In this document: positions 7,360-17,767 of the stretch, in pieces
Layout of the letters: the number at the start of each line of letters is the position of its first letter
How positions within the stretch are numbered: position 1 is the first letter of the stretch
DNA from: Eubacteriales bacterium
GTDB lineage: Bacteria > Bacillota > JASUSC01
DNA: 63,535 bases
Assembly (NCBI GenBank): GCA_030446285.1
Contig: JASUSC010000001.1
Location: 1 to 63,535, forward strand
Direction of reading: 5' to 3'
Made by a program: the position numbers and the translations under genes
The notes under the pieces: generated by a model
The model's input: the letters and a program-made list of their open reading frames with translations, nothing else
What the model was told of the DNA's origin: nothing
Database searches by the model: none

Positions 7360-10023
7360 TTGGAAATTATTGCAACTCACACCAATACCGACTTTGACGG
7401 CCTGGCGGCCATGGTGGCGGCCAAAAAACTGTACCCGGAAGCGGTTATGGTTTTAACTCACCTTCACGACAACGTGGAGGAGTTCGTTTCTTTACACAAA
7501 GATGCCTTGGGTTTTTTGACGGCCCGGGAAGTGGCCAAAGAGCAGATAGAGCGTCTTATCCTGGTTGATACCAGTATCAGGGAACGGCTGGGTGAACTGA
7601 AAGACCTTCTGCTGCGGCCGGGAATCGACATCCACATTTATGACCACCATCCTACCTGTACCGGTGATCTTAAAGGGAGCTTGCAGGTGATAGAAAATAC
7701 CGGTGCTGTGACAACCCTGCTGGTAGAAATTATCCGCCAAAAAGGGATTCCCATTACTCCCTTTGAGGCTACTATTTTTGCTTTGGGGATCTACGAAGAC
7801 ACCGGCTCCCTTCTTTTCCCCAATACGACGGCTAGAGACGTGGCAGCGGTTGCCTATTTGCTGGAGAAGGGGGCCAAGCTGGGAGTGGTAGCGGAGTTCA
7901 TCGATCGCCCCTTGTCCCCGGAGCAGAAGGATCTGCTTCAGAAGTTAATGGAAGGCGCAGAGGTTCGTACCTTTCAGGGAGTTACTGTTCTCCTAGCTAC
8001 AGCGGTGGAAGAGGAATATGTGGGAGGAGTGGCCCTTCTCACCCACAAGCTCCTTGACATTTACCGGACTGATGTGGCCCTCACCGTGGTCCAAATGGGC
8101 GGCAGGGTCTACGTGGTAGGCCGAAACCGGTTAGACAGGGTGGATCTGCGGCGGATTCTGGCACCTTTGGCCGGAGGAGGCCACGCTACGGCCGCTTCGG
8201 CTACGGTGAAGAACAGTACCCTGGAAGAGGTGGTTCAGAAGCTCCTGGCAGCTCTGGAAAAACACATCCGGCCGGCGATAACGGCGGGAGACATTATGTC
8301 TTCCCCGGTGAAAACAGTATCTCCCGACACTACCATTGAGGAAGCTGGGCGGATAATGCTCCGTTACGGCCACACCGGGTTGCCGGTGGTAGATGAAAAC
8401 GGTTATGTGGCGGGAATAATTTCCCGGCGCGACGTGGATAAAGCTATTCACCACGGGCTGGGACATGCCCCCGTCCGAGGTTACATGACCAGGCGGGTGA
8501 TCTGTGTCACCCCCCGCACTTCCTTAAGCGAAGTCCAGCGGCTGTTGATCGAGAACGATATTGGCCGACTGCCGGTAATGGACGAAGGACGGCTGGTGGG
8601 AATAGTTTCCCGGACGGACGTGCTGCGCACTCTCCATGGTGGTAGTTACCCGGAGGGTTACCGGCAATTGTTCGATACGCCGCCCGGCGGGAGCGTAGTT
8701 TATAACCTCCGCGACCGACTTAGCCGGCTACCGGAAAAAATCCGCCAGTTGCTCCTGCAAATTTCCTCCACGGCTGACCGGCAAAAAATGTCGGTTTATC
8801 TTGTTGGCGGCGTGGTGCGGGACCTGCTTTTGGGAGTACCTAATTACGATTTGGATATAGTGGTCGAGGGGGATGCTCCCCTCCTGGCCCGGCGGTTTGC
8901 GGAAGAGCTGGGCGGGCGGCTGCGAACCCATGAAAAATTCGGGACGGCGGTTGTAATTTTACCCGACGGCCAGCGAATAGATTTTGCCACCGCGCGAACA
9001 GAATATTATGAGTACCCGGCGGCTTTACCCCAGGTGGAACGTTCTTCCTTGCGGCAGGACCTCTACCGGCGTGATTTTACCATCAACGCCATGGCCATCT
9101 GTCTCAACAGTGCTCATTTCGGCGAATTGGTGGACTTTTTCAACGGCCGCCGGGACCTGGAAGAGGGAATAATCCGTGTTTTGTACAACCTGAGTTTTGT
9201 TGAAGATCCGACCCGGATTTTGCGGGCGGTGCGCTTCGAGCAGCGATACGGTTTCCGCATCGAAGACCAGACCCTGGGCCTTCTAAAAGCGGCTGTAAAA
9301 GACGGGTTGTTAGGGCGGCTGTCGGCTGAGCGTTTGCGCCAGGAATTGATTCACATCCTGCAGGATTCCCACCCCTGGCGGTCGGTGGCTAGGATGGGGG
9401 AACTGGGGATCTGGCCCGCCATCCTACCGGAGGCGGAGATAACGGAGAAAACGGTGGCAGAGATGGAACTGTGTGCTGCTGTTGCCCAGGAGTTGCAGCA
9501 ACTGGGAATAGAAACCGGAGAGGAGATGTGGCTCAGTTATCTCTTCCTGCTCCTCTACTCGGCCGGGGGGAAGTTTTCCCGTTGCCTGGACAAGCTTAAA
9601 CTGCCATCCCGCTGGCGAAAGAAACTGGAAAGACTTAAAAGCATGCTTCCTGGGATACTGGAGACTCTAACCGGAAAGGAAGAGTTGCGGCCCAGCCGGC
9701 TTTATCAATTGCTTTCGCCTCTGGATAGCGTTTTTTACTGTCTGTTGCCTGTCTTGGCTGGGGAAGAAGGCCGGGTCGGCGTGATGGAGGGGCTGAAAAA
9801 ATTCGGCCAACTCAGAGGAAAAGAGCGTCCTTTTTTAACCGGGCATGATATAATAGCTATGGGATACCGGCCTGGTCCCTGGATTGGCGAAGCCCTTCGT
9901 TACCTGCAGCGGGCACGATTAGACGGAAAGGTAACCACCCGGGAAGAGGAGGAGAAGGCGGTCCGTCTTTTCCTTGCCCGTTATTTTGATGATGAAAAGA
10001 CGGGGCCGGCACAGGGGGAATGA
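7360..10023 (+). CDS. DHH/DHHA1 - tandem CBS - poly(A) polymerase/CCA-adding nucleotidyltransferase fusion protein
   Basis: 887 aa. Motifs: DFDGLAAM, IYDHHP, GGGHATAASA (DHH/DHHA1), two CBS modules (IMSSPVKTV.., YMTRRVICV..), GGVVRDLLLG..DLDIVVEG and RRDFTINAMA (nucleotidyltransferase head). TTG start preceded by GGGGGAAG. Confidence 0.85.
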   Translation: MEIIATHTNTDFDGLAAMVAAKKLYPEAVMVLTHLHDNVEEFVSLHKDALGFLTAREVAKEQIERLILVDTSIRERLGELKDLLLRPGIDIHIYDHHPTCTGDLKGSLQVIENTGAVTTLLVEIIRQKGIPITPFEATIFALGIYEDTGSLLFPNTTARDVAAVAYLLEKGAKLGVVAEFIDRPLSPEQKDLLQKLMEGAEVRTFQGVTVLLATAVEEEYVGGVALLTHKLLDIYRTDVALTVVQMGGRVYVVGRNRLDRVDLRRILAPLAGGGHATAASATVKNSTLEEVVQKLLAALEKHIRPAITAGDIMSSPVKTVSPDTTIEEAGRIMLRYGHTGLPVVDENGYVAGIISRRDVDKAIHHGLGHAPVRGYMTRRVICVTPRTSLSEVQRLLIENDIGRLPVMDEGRLVGIVSRTDVLRTLHGGSYPEGYRQLFDTPPGGSVVYNLRDRLSRLPEKIRQLLLQISSTADRQKMSVYLVGGVVRDLLLGVPNYDLDIVVEGDAPLLARRFAEELGGRLRTHEKFGTAVVILPDGQRIDFATARTEYYEYPAALPQVERSSLRQDLYRRDFTINAMAICLNSAHFGELVDFFNGRRDLEEGIIRVLYNLSFVEDPTRILRAVRFEQRYGFRIEDQTLGLLKAAVKDGLLGRLSAERLRQELIHILQDSHPWRSVARMGELGIWPAILPEAEITEKTVAEMELCAAVAQELQQLGIETGEEMWLSYLFLLLYSAGGKFSRCLDKLKLPSRWRKKLERLKSMLPGILETLTGKEELRPSRLYQLLSPLDSVFYCLLPVLAGEEGRVGVMEGLKKFGQLRGKERPFLTGHDIIAMGYRPGPWIGEALRYLQRARLDGKVTTREEEEKAVRLFLARYFDDEKTGPAQGE

Positions 10024-10027
10024 GCAG

Positions 10028-10654
10028 TTGATTTGGCATTTGAGCCTGATAGAATGGTTGCTTTTAGCGCCGGCAATTTTGCTGGCCCTGACCGTCCATG
10101 AAATGGCCCATGCTTACGTAGCTTATCTTCACGGCGATCCCACCGCCAGCAGGGAAGGACGGATAACTTTGAATCCGTTAAAACACCTGGACCCGGTGGG
10201 AACTTTGCTGTTGCTCCTTACCGGTTTCGGTTGGGCCAAGCCTGTTCCTATCAATCCTTTTTATTTCCGGGGTGACCGGAACCGGGGAGTTTTTTTTACT
10301 TCCCTGGCCGGCCCGGGGGCCAACCTGATCCTTTCTTTTCTGGCCGTGTTAATGATTAAAGTCTTGCTGGTAGTGGGGATTACCAACTCCTACTTAATTG
10401 TTTTCTTTAAGCTACTGGCTCTGATCAACATTGGCTTGGGTTTATTTAACCTTCTCCCGGTGCCACCCTTGGACGGGTCCAAGATTCTAGCCAGTCTTTT
10501 GCCGCCGGAGCGGCGCTATATCGTCTACGAAATGGAGCGATACGGTTTTCTTATTCTTATTCTCCTACTGTATTTCGGCGGCGACATTATTGGGCCGCTG
10601 CGGACCTTGATTTACAACCTGGAACTTGCTCTTGTCGGCCTGAGTGGGCTGTGA
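10028..10654 (+). CDS. site-2 protease family (peptidase M50) membrane protein
   Basis: [11 protein letters not shown] (HExxH) and [13 protein letters not shown] motifs with multiple TM segments. The ORF is open from 9974, but that start would overlap the upstream gene by 50 nt. The in-frame TTG at 10028 is suggested; the start is uncertain. Confidence 0.8.
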   Translation: MIWHLSLIEWLLLAPAILLALTVHEMAHAYVAYLHGDPTASREGRITLNPLKHLDPVGTLLLLLTGFGWAKPVPINPFYFRGDRNRGVFFTSLAGPGANLILSFLAVLMIKVLLVVGITNSYLIVFFKLLALINIGLGLFNLLPVPPLDGSKILASLLPPERRYIVYEMERYGFLILILLLYFGGDIIGPLRTLIYNLELALVGLSGL

Positions 10655-10683
10655 TTATTACAACAGTGGTGAGGAGATGAGGG

Positions 10684-11685
10684 ATGAAAGAAGAGAGAGT
10701 ATTGAGCGGCATGCGTCCGACAGGAAAACTTCATCTTGGCCACCTGAGCGTGCTGGAAAACTGGGCGGCGTTGCAGGATAAGTACCGCTGTTTTTTTATG
10801 GTGGCCGACTGGCATGCATTGAGTACCGAGTACGCTGCTTCTGCTGAAATTCCCGGGAAAATCAGGGAAATGGTTCTCGACTGGCTCAGCGCGGGCATAG
10901 ACCCGGAAAAGAGTGTTATTTTTGTTCAATCCCACGTGAAAGAACATGCCGAACTGCATTTGCTTTTCTCGATGATTACTCCTCTCTCCTGGCTGGAACG
11001 GGTGCCCACTTACAAGGAGCAGCTCCAGCAACTGGGGGAACAGGGAAAGGATATTAACACCTACGGTTTTCTGGGCTACCCCCTTCTCCAGGCTGCCGAT
11101 ATCCTTCTCTACAAAGCTACGGCGGTACCGGTGGGCGAGGATCAACTGCCCCATCTGGAACTGACGCGGGAAGTGGCACGGCGGTTCAATTTCCTCTTTG
11201 GCGAGAAAGTCTTTCCTGAACCCCAGGCCCTTTTGGCCCGGGTGCCGCTTCTGCCCGGTACCGACGGGCGGAAAATGAGCAAGAGTTACAACAACTATAT
11301 CAGCATCAGCGCTTCTTCGGAGGAACTGTACGAGAAAATCCGCAATATGATCACTGACCCGGCGCGGGTGCGCCGGCACGACCCCGGCCATCCCGAAGTT
11401 TGCACCGTCTTTACTTATCACCGGGTGTACAACCCGGAACGGGTGGCGGAAATAGAAGAAGAGTGCCGGCGGGCCGGCATTGGCTGCGTGGAATGTAAGA
11501 AGATCCTTGCTCAGCGCAAGGACGAATTGTTAACACCCTTGCGGGAGAGAAGAAAAGAGTACGAAGGCAAAAAAGGTTTGGTGCAGGAGATATTGCAGGA
11601 AGGGGCCCGGCAGGCGAGGGAGGTAGCGGCTGCCACTATGGAACAGGTCAGGAGGGTAATGCACCTGAGCGAAGGGGAGGTTTAA
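10684..11685 (+). CDS. trpS: tryptophan--tRNA ligase
   Basis: SGMRPTGKLHLGHL (HIGH region), KMSKS motif (GRKMSKSY), 333 aa. Confidence 0.95.
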   Translation: MKEERVLSGMRPTGKLHLGHLSVLENWAALQDKYRCFFMVADWHALSTEYAASAEIPGKIREMVLDWLSAGIDPEKSVIFVQSHVKEHAELHLLFSMITPLSWLERVPTYKEQLQQLGEQGKDINTYGFLGYPLLQAADILLYKATAVPVGEDQLPHLELTREVARRFNFLFGEKVFPEPQALLARVPLLPGTDGRKMSKSYNNYISISASSEELYEKIRNMITDPARVRRHDPGHPEVCTVFTYHRVYNPERVAEIEEECRRAGIGCVECKKILAQRKDELLTPLRERRKEYEGKKGLVQEILQEGARQAREVAAATMEQVRRVMHLSEGEV

Positions 11686-11688
11686 ACC

Positions 11689-12456
11689 TTGGCTTATGTG
11701 GTGCGGCTGGAAATATTTGAAGGCCCTCTCGACCTGCTCATGCACCTGATCGAAAAAAACCAGGTGGATATTTACGACATTCCCATCGCCCAGATTACAG
11801 CCCAGTATTTAGAATATCTGGAAACCTTGGAAAAACTGGACCTGGAAGTGGCCAGCGAGTTTTTAGTTATGGCGGCGCGACTGCTGGCCATCAAAGCGGC
11901 CATGCTCCTTCCCCGGCCGACCCGGCCGGAGGGAGAGGCCGGGGAGGAGATGGAAGAAGAAGATCCCCGGCAGGAATTGGTCCGGCGACTTCTGGAGTAC
12001 AAAAAATTCAAGGAGGCTGCCCACTATCTTCAGCGTCTGCACCGGGAGGAAGAGAGGTACTGGGCGCGTTCAAACAGCAGAGAGATGTATGAACCCTTTT
12101 TCCAAGAAGAAAACCCTCTGGCCGGGGTAAGTCTATTCAGTCTGGTGGATGCCTTACGCCAGGTGTTGCAGCGAATTGTAGATGAGGGCAGGACTGAAGA
12201 GGAAATTACTCTGGTCAGGGATGAAGTGACGGTGCGGGATAAAATGCGGGAAATTATGGCCCGCCTGTTTCTTAGGCCGGAAGGACTGTGTTTTACCGAC
12301 CTTTTTGGCGGGCAGACCAGGCGGTCGGAGGTGGTTGTCACCTTCCTCGCTCTCCTCGAACTTATCAAAATGGGCCGGGTGAGGGCGTACCAGGAGGGGA
12401 TTTTTGCCCCTATTATCCTGTATGCCCGAATGGAAAAGGTGCGACGGGAGGGATAG
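11689..12456 (+). CDS. scpA: segregation and condensation protein A
   Basis: FEGPLDLLMHLIEKNQVDIYDIPIAQITAQYLEYL, followed by scpB. TTG start. Confidence 0.9.
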   Translation: MAYVVRLEIFEGPLDLLMHLIEKNQVDIYDIPIAQITAQYLEYLETLEKLDLEVASEFLVMAARLLAIKAAMLLPRPTRPEGEAGEEMEEEDPRQELVRRLLEYKKFKEAAHYLQRLHREEERYWARSNSREMYEPFFQEENPLAGVSLFSLVDALRQVLQRIVDEGRTEEEITLVRDEVTVRDKMREIMARLFLRPEGLCFTDLFGGQTRRSEVVVTFLALLELIKMGRVRAYQEGIFAPIILYARMEKVRREG

Positions 12457-12460
12457 TTTT

Positions 12461-13045
12461 TTGCTTTTTCCCGAAGATTTACGGGCCATTCTGGAAGGGA
12501 TCCTCTTTGCCGCCCAGGAACCGCTGGAGGTAAAGGATTTGGCCCGGCTGGTAGAGTGCAGCGAGGAAGAGGTGGCGGCGGTTTTGGCGAAAATGGAAAA
12601 GGAGTACGAGCAGCCGGGCAGGGGCCTAACCCTGCGCAGGGTGGCCGGGGGTTACCAGCTTTTCGCTAAACCGTTGGCGGTACCCTATATAGAGAAGATG
12701 TACCGCCGCAACGGTTCCTCCGGTCTATCCCGGGCAGCGCTGGAAACCTTAGCCATTATCGCTTACCGCCAGCCTATTACGCGGAGCGAGATCGAGTTTA
12801 TCCGGGGAGTTAAATCCGACCGGGCTATTGCTACTCTGCTGGAGAAAAAATTGATCCAGGAAGTGGGTCGCAAAGAAGGGGTGGGGCGCCCGGTCCTTTT
12901 CGGCACCACCAAGGAGTTTTTGCGCTATTTTGGTCTGGAAGACCTGTCCCAGTTGCCGCCTCTGGAAGAGTTTGCGCAAGCGGCAGAAGCCAGTTTGGCG
13001 AAAGAGAATGCGGTAGAAGAGAATGAGGGGAAAAGGGAGTCCTGA
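12461..13045 (+). CDS. scpB: segregation and condensation protein B
   Basis: LRAILEGILFAAQEPL.., LSRAALETLAIIAYRQPITRSEIEFIRGV. I took the TTG at 12461; the ORF-track start at 12404 lies inside scpA. Confidence 0.9.
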   Translation: MLFPEDLRAILEGILFAAQEPLEVKDLARLVECSEEEVAAVLAKMEKEYEQPGRGLTLRRVAGGYQLFAKPLAVPYIEKMYRRNGSSGLSRAALETLAIIAYRQPITRSEIEFIRGVKSDRAIATLLEKKLIQEVGRKEGVGRPVLFGTTKEFLRYFGLEDLSQLPPLEEFAQAAEASLAKENAVEENEGKRES

Positions 13046-13062
13046 GGGGGATTCCTTAATTT

Positions 13063-13845
13063 TTGGGCGGGAATATTTTTACCCGCGCTGGAAAAAATAA
13101 GCTTAAAAAGAGAGAAAGGGGCTGCCGGAAACTGGTGGAGCGGCTCTTTTTTATTTTCCTCGCTGTCTTCGCAGCCGGTCTTATATTTCTCCTCTTTGTA
13201 CCTTGTTTTTTGGAAGCGGAACTGGCCTTTGCCCGGGGCCACCTGCATTTGTTGCTGGCGGTAAAACTGGGGAAAAGGAAAATTTATTTCCGGAGATATT
13301 TGCTCGAAGATACAGACCGGGAGGAAGAAAAAAGCCGGGGCAGTTTTCATTTTATTCCGGAATTTGCTTCCCTTTTTTTCTCCTTTTTCCAAACGATAAA
13401 GAAACACGGTTTTGCCGGGGGGATTATCACCTCGTTGCGGCAAGATTTTTTGCGGTGCATCTGGGAGAAAATACGGCCTTTTCTGCAATTTTGCCGGGGA
13501 ATGAGGTTAGCGGAACTCCACTGGCAGGTCCAGTACGGCTGGGGGGACCCGGCCCTTACCGGCTTTTCTTACGGGATACTGTGGGCGCTTATTTCTGCTT
13601 TTTCCACTCTGTTTGTTAATTACACGGGTGGTTATTTCCCTTCCTCTGCCTTTCACGACAAAATGAGCGTTACCATCGAACCGGTTTTTGACCGCAGGGT
13701 TTTTTCCTTTTCTGTGCGTTGCATATTCCGGCTCCGGTTGGTTCATATTATAACTGGCATAGTAAAAATGACGGTAAGGCGTTTGCGGGAGAAAGGGTGG
13801 GGAGGTAAAAAGGTATGCAGGAGCAGCATCCCATTGAGGGATTGA
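13063..13845 (+). CDS. DUF2953 / YtfI-like sporulation membrane protein
   Basis: N-terminal TM segment, low-complexity basic stretches, and a position immediately upstream of and overlapping ytfJ. The true start is probably downstream (for example the GTG near 13135). Confidence 0.55.
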   Translation: MGGNIFTRAGKNKLKKRERGCRKLVERLFFIFLAVFAAGLIFLLFVPCFLEAELAFARGHLHLLLAVKLGKRKIYFRRYLLEDTDREEEKSRGSFHFIPEFASLFFSFFQTIKKHGFAGGIITSLRQDFLRCIWEKIRPFLQFCRGMRLAELHWQVQYGWGDPALTGFSYGILWALISAFSTLFVNYTGGYFPSSAFHDKMSVTIEPVFDRRVFSFSVRCIFRLRLVHIITGIVKMTVRRLREKGWGGKKVCRSSIPLRD

Positions 13846-14252
13846 TGAAAACTGCTATGGAAAGCATAAAAGAGATGGTGGATGTCAACACCGTGGTGGG
13901 AGACGCGGTGGAAACTCCCGATGGTAACGTTATTATCCCCATTTCCCGGGTAACCGTGGGATTTGCGGCGGGAGGAAGCGATTTTGCTCCCGGTGAAAAT
14001 GGGAAGGGAAACGCGCACAATAACTACCCCTTTGGCGGTGGCAGTGGTGCGGGGGTTTCTGTCCAGCCGGTAGGGTTTTTGGTGGTGGGCAAACAGGAAG
14101 TGCGACTGATTCCTGTCGACGGTAACGTCACGGTGGATCGGATTATCGATAACGCTCCCCGCCTTTTGCAGCAATTGCGGGATATTTTCGACGGGAGAAA
14201 AGAAAAAAAGAGGGGTGAACCCTCTTTAGTAGTGGAGAAAGAGAGCTACTGA
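13815..14252 (+). CDS. ytfJ: GerW/YtfJ family sporulation protein
   Basis: IKEMVDVNTVVGDAVETPDGNVIIPISRVTVGFAAGGSDF and GGGSGAGVSVQPVGFLVV, typical of YtfJ. Confidence 0.85.
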   Translation: MQEQHPIEGLMKTAMESIKEMVDVNTVVGDAVETPDGNVIIPISRVTVGFAAGGSDFAPGENGKGNAHNNYPFGGGSGAGVSVQPVGFLVVGKQEVRLIPVDGNVTVDRIIDNAPRLLQQLRDIFDGRKEKKRGEPSLVVEKESY

Positions 14253-14266
14253 TAAGCGTTTAAGCG

Positions 14267-16699
14267 TTAGCGAAGCTGGTTTAACACCTGGTCGGAGACG
14301 GCTATTGTCCCGCCCAGAACGTAAAACTGCCGGGGGGAAGAATAGGAAGCTAGGTAGGAGGAGATCTCCGGCGGCAGGTGGTCGGAGGCGGTAAGGAGCA
14401 AAGGGGCTCCGGCCAGTCCGGCCAGGGGTCCTCCGGCCAGGGCGTCGGGAAAGTTTTCCCCGGTGGTTACATAGAGGACGGGAGCAGCGGGGAAGTATTT
14501 CTGGACGAAGAGACGACAGGTGTCGTAACGGTTGCTGCCGGCGATTTCGACGAAGCGGGCTTGAGGCAGGAGGGATTTGAGTTTTGTTCGGCTTCCGGCA
14601 ATAGCGCGGGGACCGCCAACAATGATGACGGTGGCGGGACGGTACTGTTGCAAAAAGCTGGCTACTTTATCGGGAAGAGAATCCCGCGGGACCAGGAGAA
14701 TGGGATACCCGTGCTGGGCGGCATACGGGGCAACCGAGAGGGCATCGGGGAAGTTTTCGCCGCTGACTACCAGAACGGTCCCACCGCTGGTAACGGTTTT
14801 GCCTGCGATTTTTACGGCGGTTTCGTACCTGTCGGAACCGCCTATTCTTTCCACCCGGTAGCCCTTGCCGGCAAAGTAGGTGGCGAACTCATCGCTTAGC
14901 GCCCCTGTTCCGCCCAGGAGGATTACTTTCCCCCCCGGGGTCAGCATTCGTTCGGCTTCAGCCAGAACGGAGGCATTGGCTGCGATTTTATCGGTGGTGG
15001 CATTGTTGAGAAGGAGGAGGGGAGAACGCCCATAAAAGGCCCGCAGGGAGGCCCCGGTAAGGGCATCGGGGTAAGACGTCCCGGTGGCTAGGATTACAGC
15101 CGGTGCGGTGTGGTCGGGGAAAATTTCCTGGATTACGGGGGCTATCCGCCGGGCTACGGCGATGGCCGTTTCGTAACGGTTGTTCCCGGATAAACGCACA
15201 GGAGGGGTGGGAGCACCGCCGGTGTAAGTAAAAGACCAGGTGTAAAGGGCGCGATTGTAGTTGCTGTCGTAAAGGTCGGCGGTTACCACGTGGAAACCGG
15301 GCCGCAGGGAGAGAGTAACAGCAGCAGTGTTGCCGCTGATGGTGGTTGGTTGCAGTTGGCCGTCCAGGAAAAGGCGGGCCTTGGATATGGTTTCAGAGCA
15401 GGTAAGGGAAAGGGTGGAAAGGCTGTTCGTTGTAGCCAGATTGAGGGGGGAGGTACTTGTTACTGTCGGCGGGGTGAAGTCACCGCCGGTACCGGTGAGG
15501 AGCTGGAGGGTGCGGAGGAAGTCAACCCGGCCGAAACCATATTTGGAATCGCTACCGGGACTGCCCAGATCTACTGCCCCAGCTTTAATTCGGGCTTCGA
15601 CAGTGGCCGGCTGGAGACTGGAGTTGTACGAGTACATAAGGGCGGCCAGAGCGGAGACATGAGGAGCAGCCATAGAAGTACCGGTTCCGTAACCGTAGCC
15701 GCCGCCGGGGAGGGTGGAAAGAACGGCTACTCCCGGAGCCACCACATCCAGATTGGTGCCGTAGTTGGAGAAAGAGGCTAAGTTGTCGTTCCGGTCGGTG
15801 GCGCCTACCGAAACTACTTCCGGATAAGCGGCGGGAAAAGCCAGAGAGCTTTTTCCTTCGTTACCGGAAGCTGCTACCACAGTTATTCCCCTGGCTATAG
15901 CTGCGTCGATGGCTGCCCGCAAAGCATTGCTGGTTTCACCCGTACTCATACTCAGATTAATAACCTTTACTTCGGGGATTCGAGTGGCGTAGTCAATTGC
16001 TGCGGCGATGTCACTTTCCGTGCCGGCTCCGCCGTCGTAGAGGGCTTTGATGGGGAGAATTTTTATTCCTGCAGCCGCTCCGGCAATACCGGTACTGTTA
16101 TTGGCAGTGGCGGCGATGATGCCGGCTACATGGGTACCGTGACCGTTGTCGTCATAGACGTAACAACTGCCGTCGATGGCGTTGTAGAAAAGGGAAGAGG
16201 GAGCCAGAGCTGAAGCGAGATCGGGATGAGAAGGGTCGATACCGGTGTCGATGACGGCCACGTAAACAGAAGAATTTGGGGTGACCAAGTTCCACGAGGC
16301 AGTGGCTCTGATTGTTTTCAGGTTCCATTGCAACGGATAAGAGGGATCGTTAGGCTCGGCCTGAATGCGGAGGATGTGATTATAATTTGCTTCTACTATC
16401 TCCGGGTCTTTTTTCAGGGCAGTCATCAGGCCGGAGGTGTCGGTGCCTGGAGGCAGTTTGAGGCAATAGTACTTTCCGGGCAACTTTTTTATTTCAACGG
16501 GAAGATTACGGAGAAGGGGATATTTCTCAATAATTCTTTCCGGCAAGCTACCGGTTTTGACGATGATTTCGTTAGGAAGATAAAGGGCGGAGTTAACCGA
16601 AGATGGGAAACTGCCTTCTGAAAAGGAGAAGGAGAAGAGAGCAAAGGTAGCAACTAAGAAAAAAAGAAAAAAGACAGTGACGGTTATTTTTCTTTTCAC
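14267..16699 (-). CDS. secreted S8 (subtilisin-family) serine peptidase with three C-terminal CWB2 cell-wall-binding repeats
   Basis: Catalytic blocks VAVIDTGID, HGTHVAGIIA and GTSMAAPHVSALAAL, a signal peptide, and three NRYET/DRYET/NRYDT ..FPDALS repeats. GTG start at 16699 with an AAAGGAG RBS. Confidence 0.88.
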   Translation of the reverse strand: MKRKITVTVFFLFFLVATFALFSFSFSEGSFPSSVNSALYLPNEIIVKTGSLPERIIEKYPLLRNLPVEIKKLPGKYYCLKLPPGTDTSGLMTALKKDPEIVEANYNHILRIQAEPNDPSYPLQWNLKTIRATASWNLVTPNSSVYVAVIDTGIDPSHPDLASALAPSSLFYNAIDGSCYVYDDNGHGTHVAGIIAATANNSTGIAGAAAGIKILPIKALYDGGAGTESDIAAAIDYATRIPEVKVINLSMSTGETSNALRAAIDAAIARGITVVAASGNEGKSSLAFPAAYPEVVSVGATDRNDNLASFSNYGTNLDVVAPGVAVLSTLPGGGYGYGTGTSMAAPHVSALAALMYSYNSSLQPATVEARIKAGAVDLGSPGSDSKYGFGRVDFLRTLQLLTGTGGDFTPPTVTSTSPLNLATTNSLSTLSLTCSETISKARLFLDGQLQPTTISGNTAAVTLSLRPGFHVVTADLYDSNYNRALYTWSFTYTGGAPTPPVRLSGNNRYETAIAVARRIAPVIQEIFPDHTAPAVILATGTSYPDALTGASLRAFYGRSPLLLLNNATTDKIAANASVLAEAERMLTPGGKVILLGGTGALSDEFATYFAGKGYRVERIGGSDRYETAVKIAGKTVTSGGTVLVVSGENFPDALSVAPYAAQHGYPILLVPRDSLPDKVASFLQQYRPATVIIVGGPRAIAGSRTKLKSLLPQARFVEIAGSNRYDTCRLFVQKYFPAAPVLYVTTGENFPDALAGGPLAGLAGAPLLLTASDHLPPEISSYLASYSSPRQFYVLGGTIAVSDQVLNQLR

Positions 16700-16828
16700 G
16701 CCGAAAACTCCTTTCTTGCAAGAAGCCTTTTTTCTCCACAAATTCGACTGGAAGAGTTAAAATCCTTTAGGCAGGAAAGGTTTTTCCAACAAAAAAGCCG
16801 CTTTAAGCGGTCTTAATAAAAGCTTGGA

Positions 16829-17569
16829 TTATTTCATGCTTTCTTCCGGGATATCGAAGTTGGCGTAAACGTTTTGCACGTCATCGTGGTCTTCAAGAGC
16901 ATCCATCAATTTCAGCATTTTTTCGGCGACTTCGCCTTCCAGAGAAACGGTGGTCTGAGGCAGCATAGTAATTTCCGATGATTCCGGTTGGTAACCGTTT
17001 TCCATCAAGGTGGTTTTTACTTTCTCAAAGTCGTCCGGGGCTGTGATTACTTCCACACTCTCTCCTTCTTCTTTCACATCTTCAGCGCCGGCTTCCAAAG
17101 CCAGCAACATAAAATCATCTATCGAAGGAATACTTTCCCGGGAGAAAAGAAGATATCCCTTTTTATTAAACATCCAGGCCACACAGCCTGCTTCTCCTAA
17201 GCTGCCGCCGTATTTGTTGAAAATATGGCGAATCTCTGCAGCCGTACGGTTGCGGTTGTCGGTCATTATTTCCATCATCACGGCGACACCGCCGGGGCCG
17301 TAGCCCTCGTAAATGAGTTCTTCGTAATCAACGCCGTCCACTTCACCTAAAGCTTTTTTGATGGTCCGGTTGATGCTGTCCATGGGCATGTTGGCTTCCT
17401 TGGCTTTGGCAATGGCGTTTTTCAGACGGGGATTGTTTTCAGGGTCACCCCCGCCCAGGCGAGCAGCTACATAAATTTCCCGGCCCAGTTTGGTGAAGAG
17501 TTTACCTTTCAGAGCATCTTGTTTGGCTTTCCGGTGTTTTATATTTGCCCATTTGGAATGTCCGGCCAT
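16829..17569 (-). CDS. YebC/PmpR family DNA-binding transcriptional regulator
   Basis: [32 protein letters not shown] is the canonical N-terminus. The ORF-track start at 17755 adds 62 implausible residues. Confidence 0.92.
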   Translation of the reverse strand: MAGHSKWANIKHRKAKQDALKGKLFTKLGREIYVAARLGGGDPENNPRLKNAIAKAKEANMPMDSINRTIKKALGEVDGVDYEELIYEGYGPGGVAVMMEIMTDNRNRTAAEIRHIFNKYGGSLGEAGCVAWMFNKKGYLLFSRESIPSIDDFMLLALEAGAEDVKEEGESVEVITAPDDFEKVKTTLMENGYQPESSEITMLPQTTVSLEGEVAEKMLKLMDALEDHDDVQNVYANFDIPEESMK

Positions 17570-17767
17570 CTTTCTCCCCTTCCTCTCTTTTCTGAAGTCC
17601 GGGAATATTGTAGCACAAACAGCTTTATTTGCAAAGAGAAAGGGGTAGTTTTTCCTGCCAGAGGTAGCACCAAGAGAAGTTGGAGGTGTAAAATAGAAAT
17701 GAAGTGAAAAGACAGTACCGGAGAGAGAGAAAAAAACTCTCTGACGGTGAATCACGGAGGGAAAGGG

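Noticed and set aside
10655-10683. T-box leader upstream of trpS
   Set aside because: The intergenic spacer is only 29 nt, so there is no room for a T-box. trpS is probably co-transcribed with the M50 protease gene.
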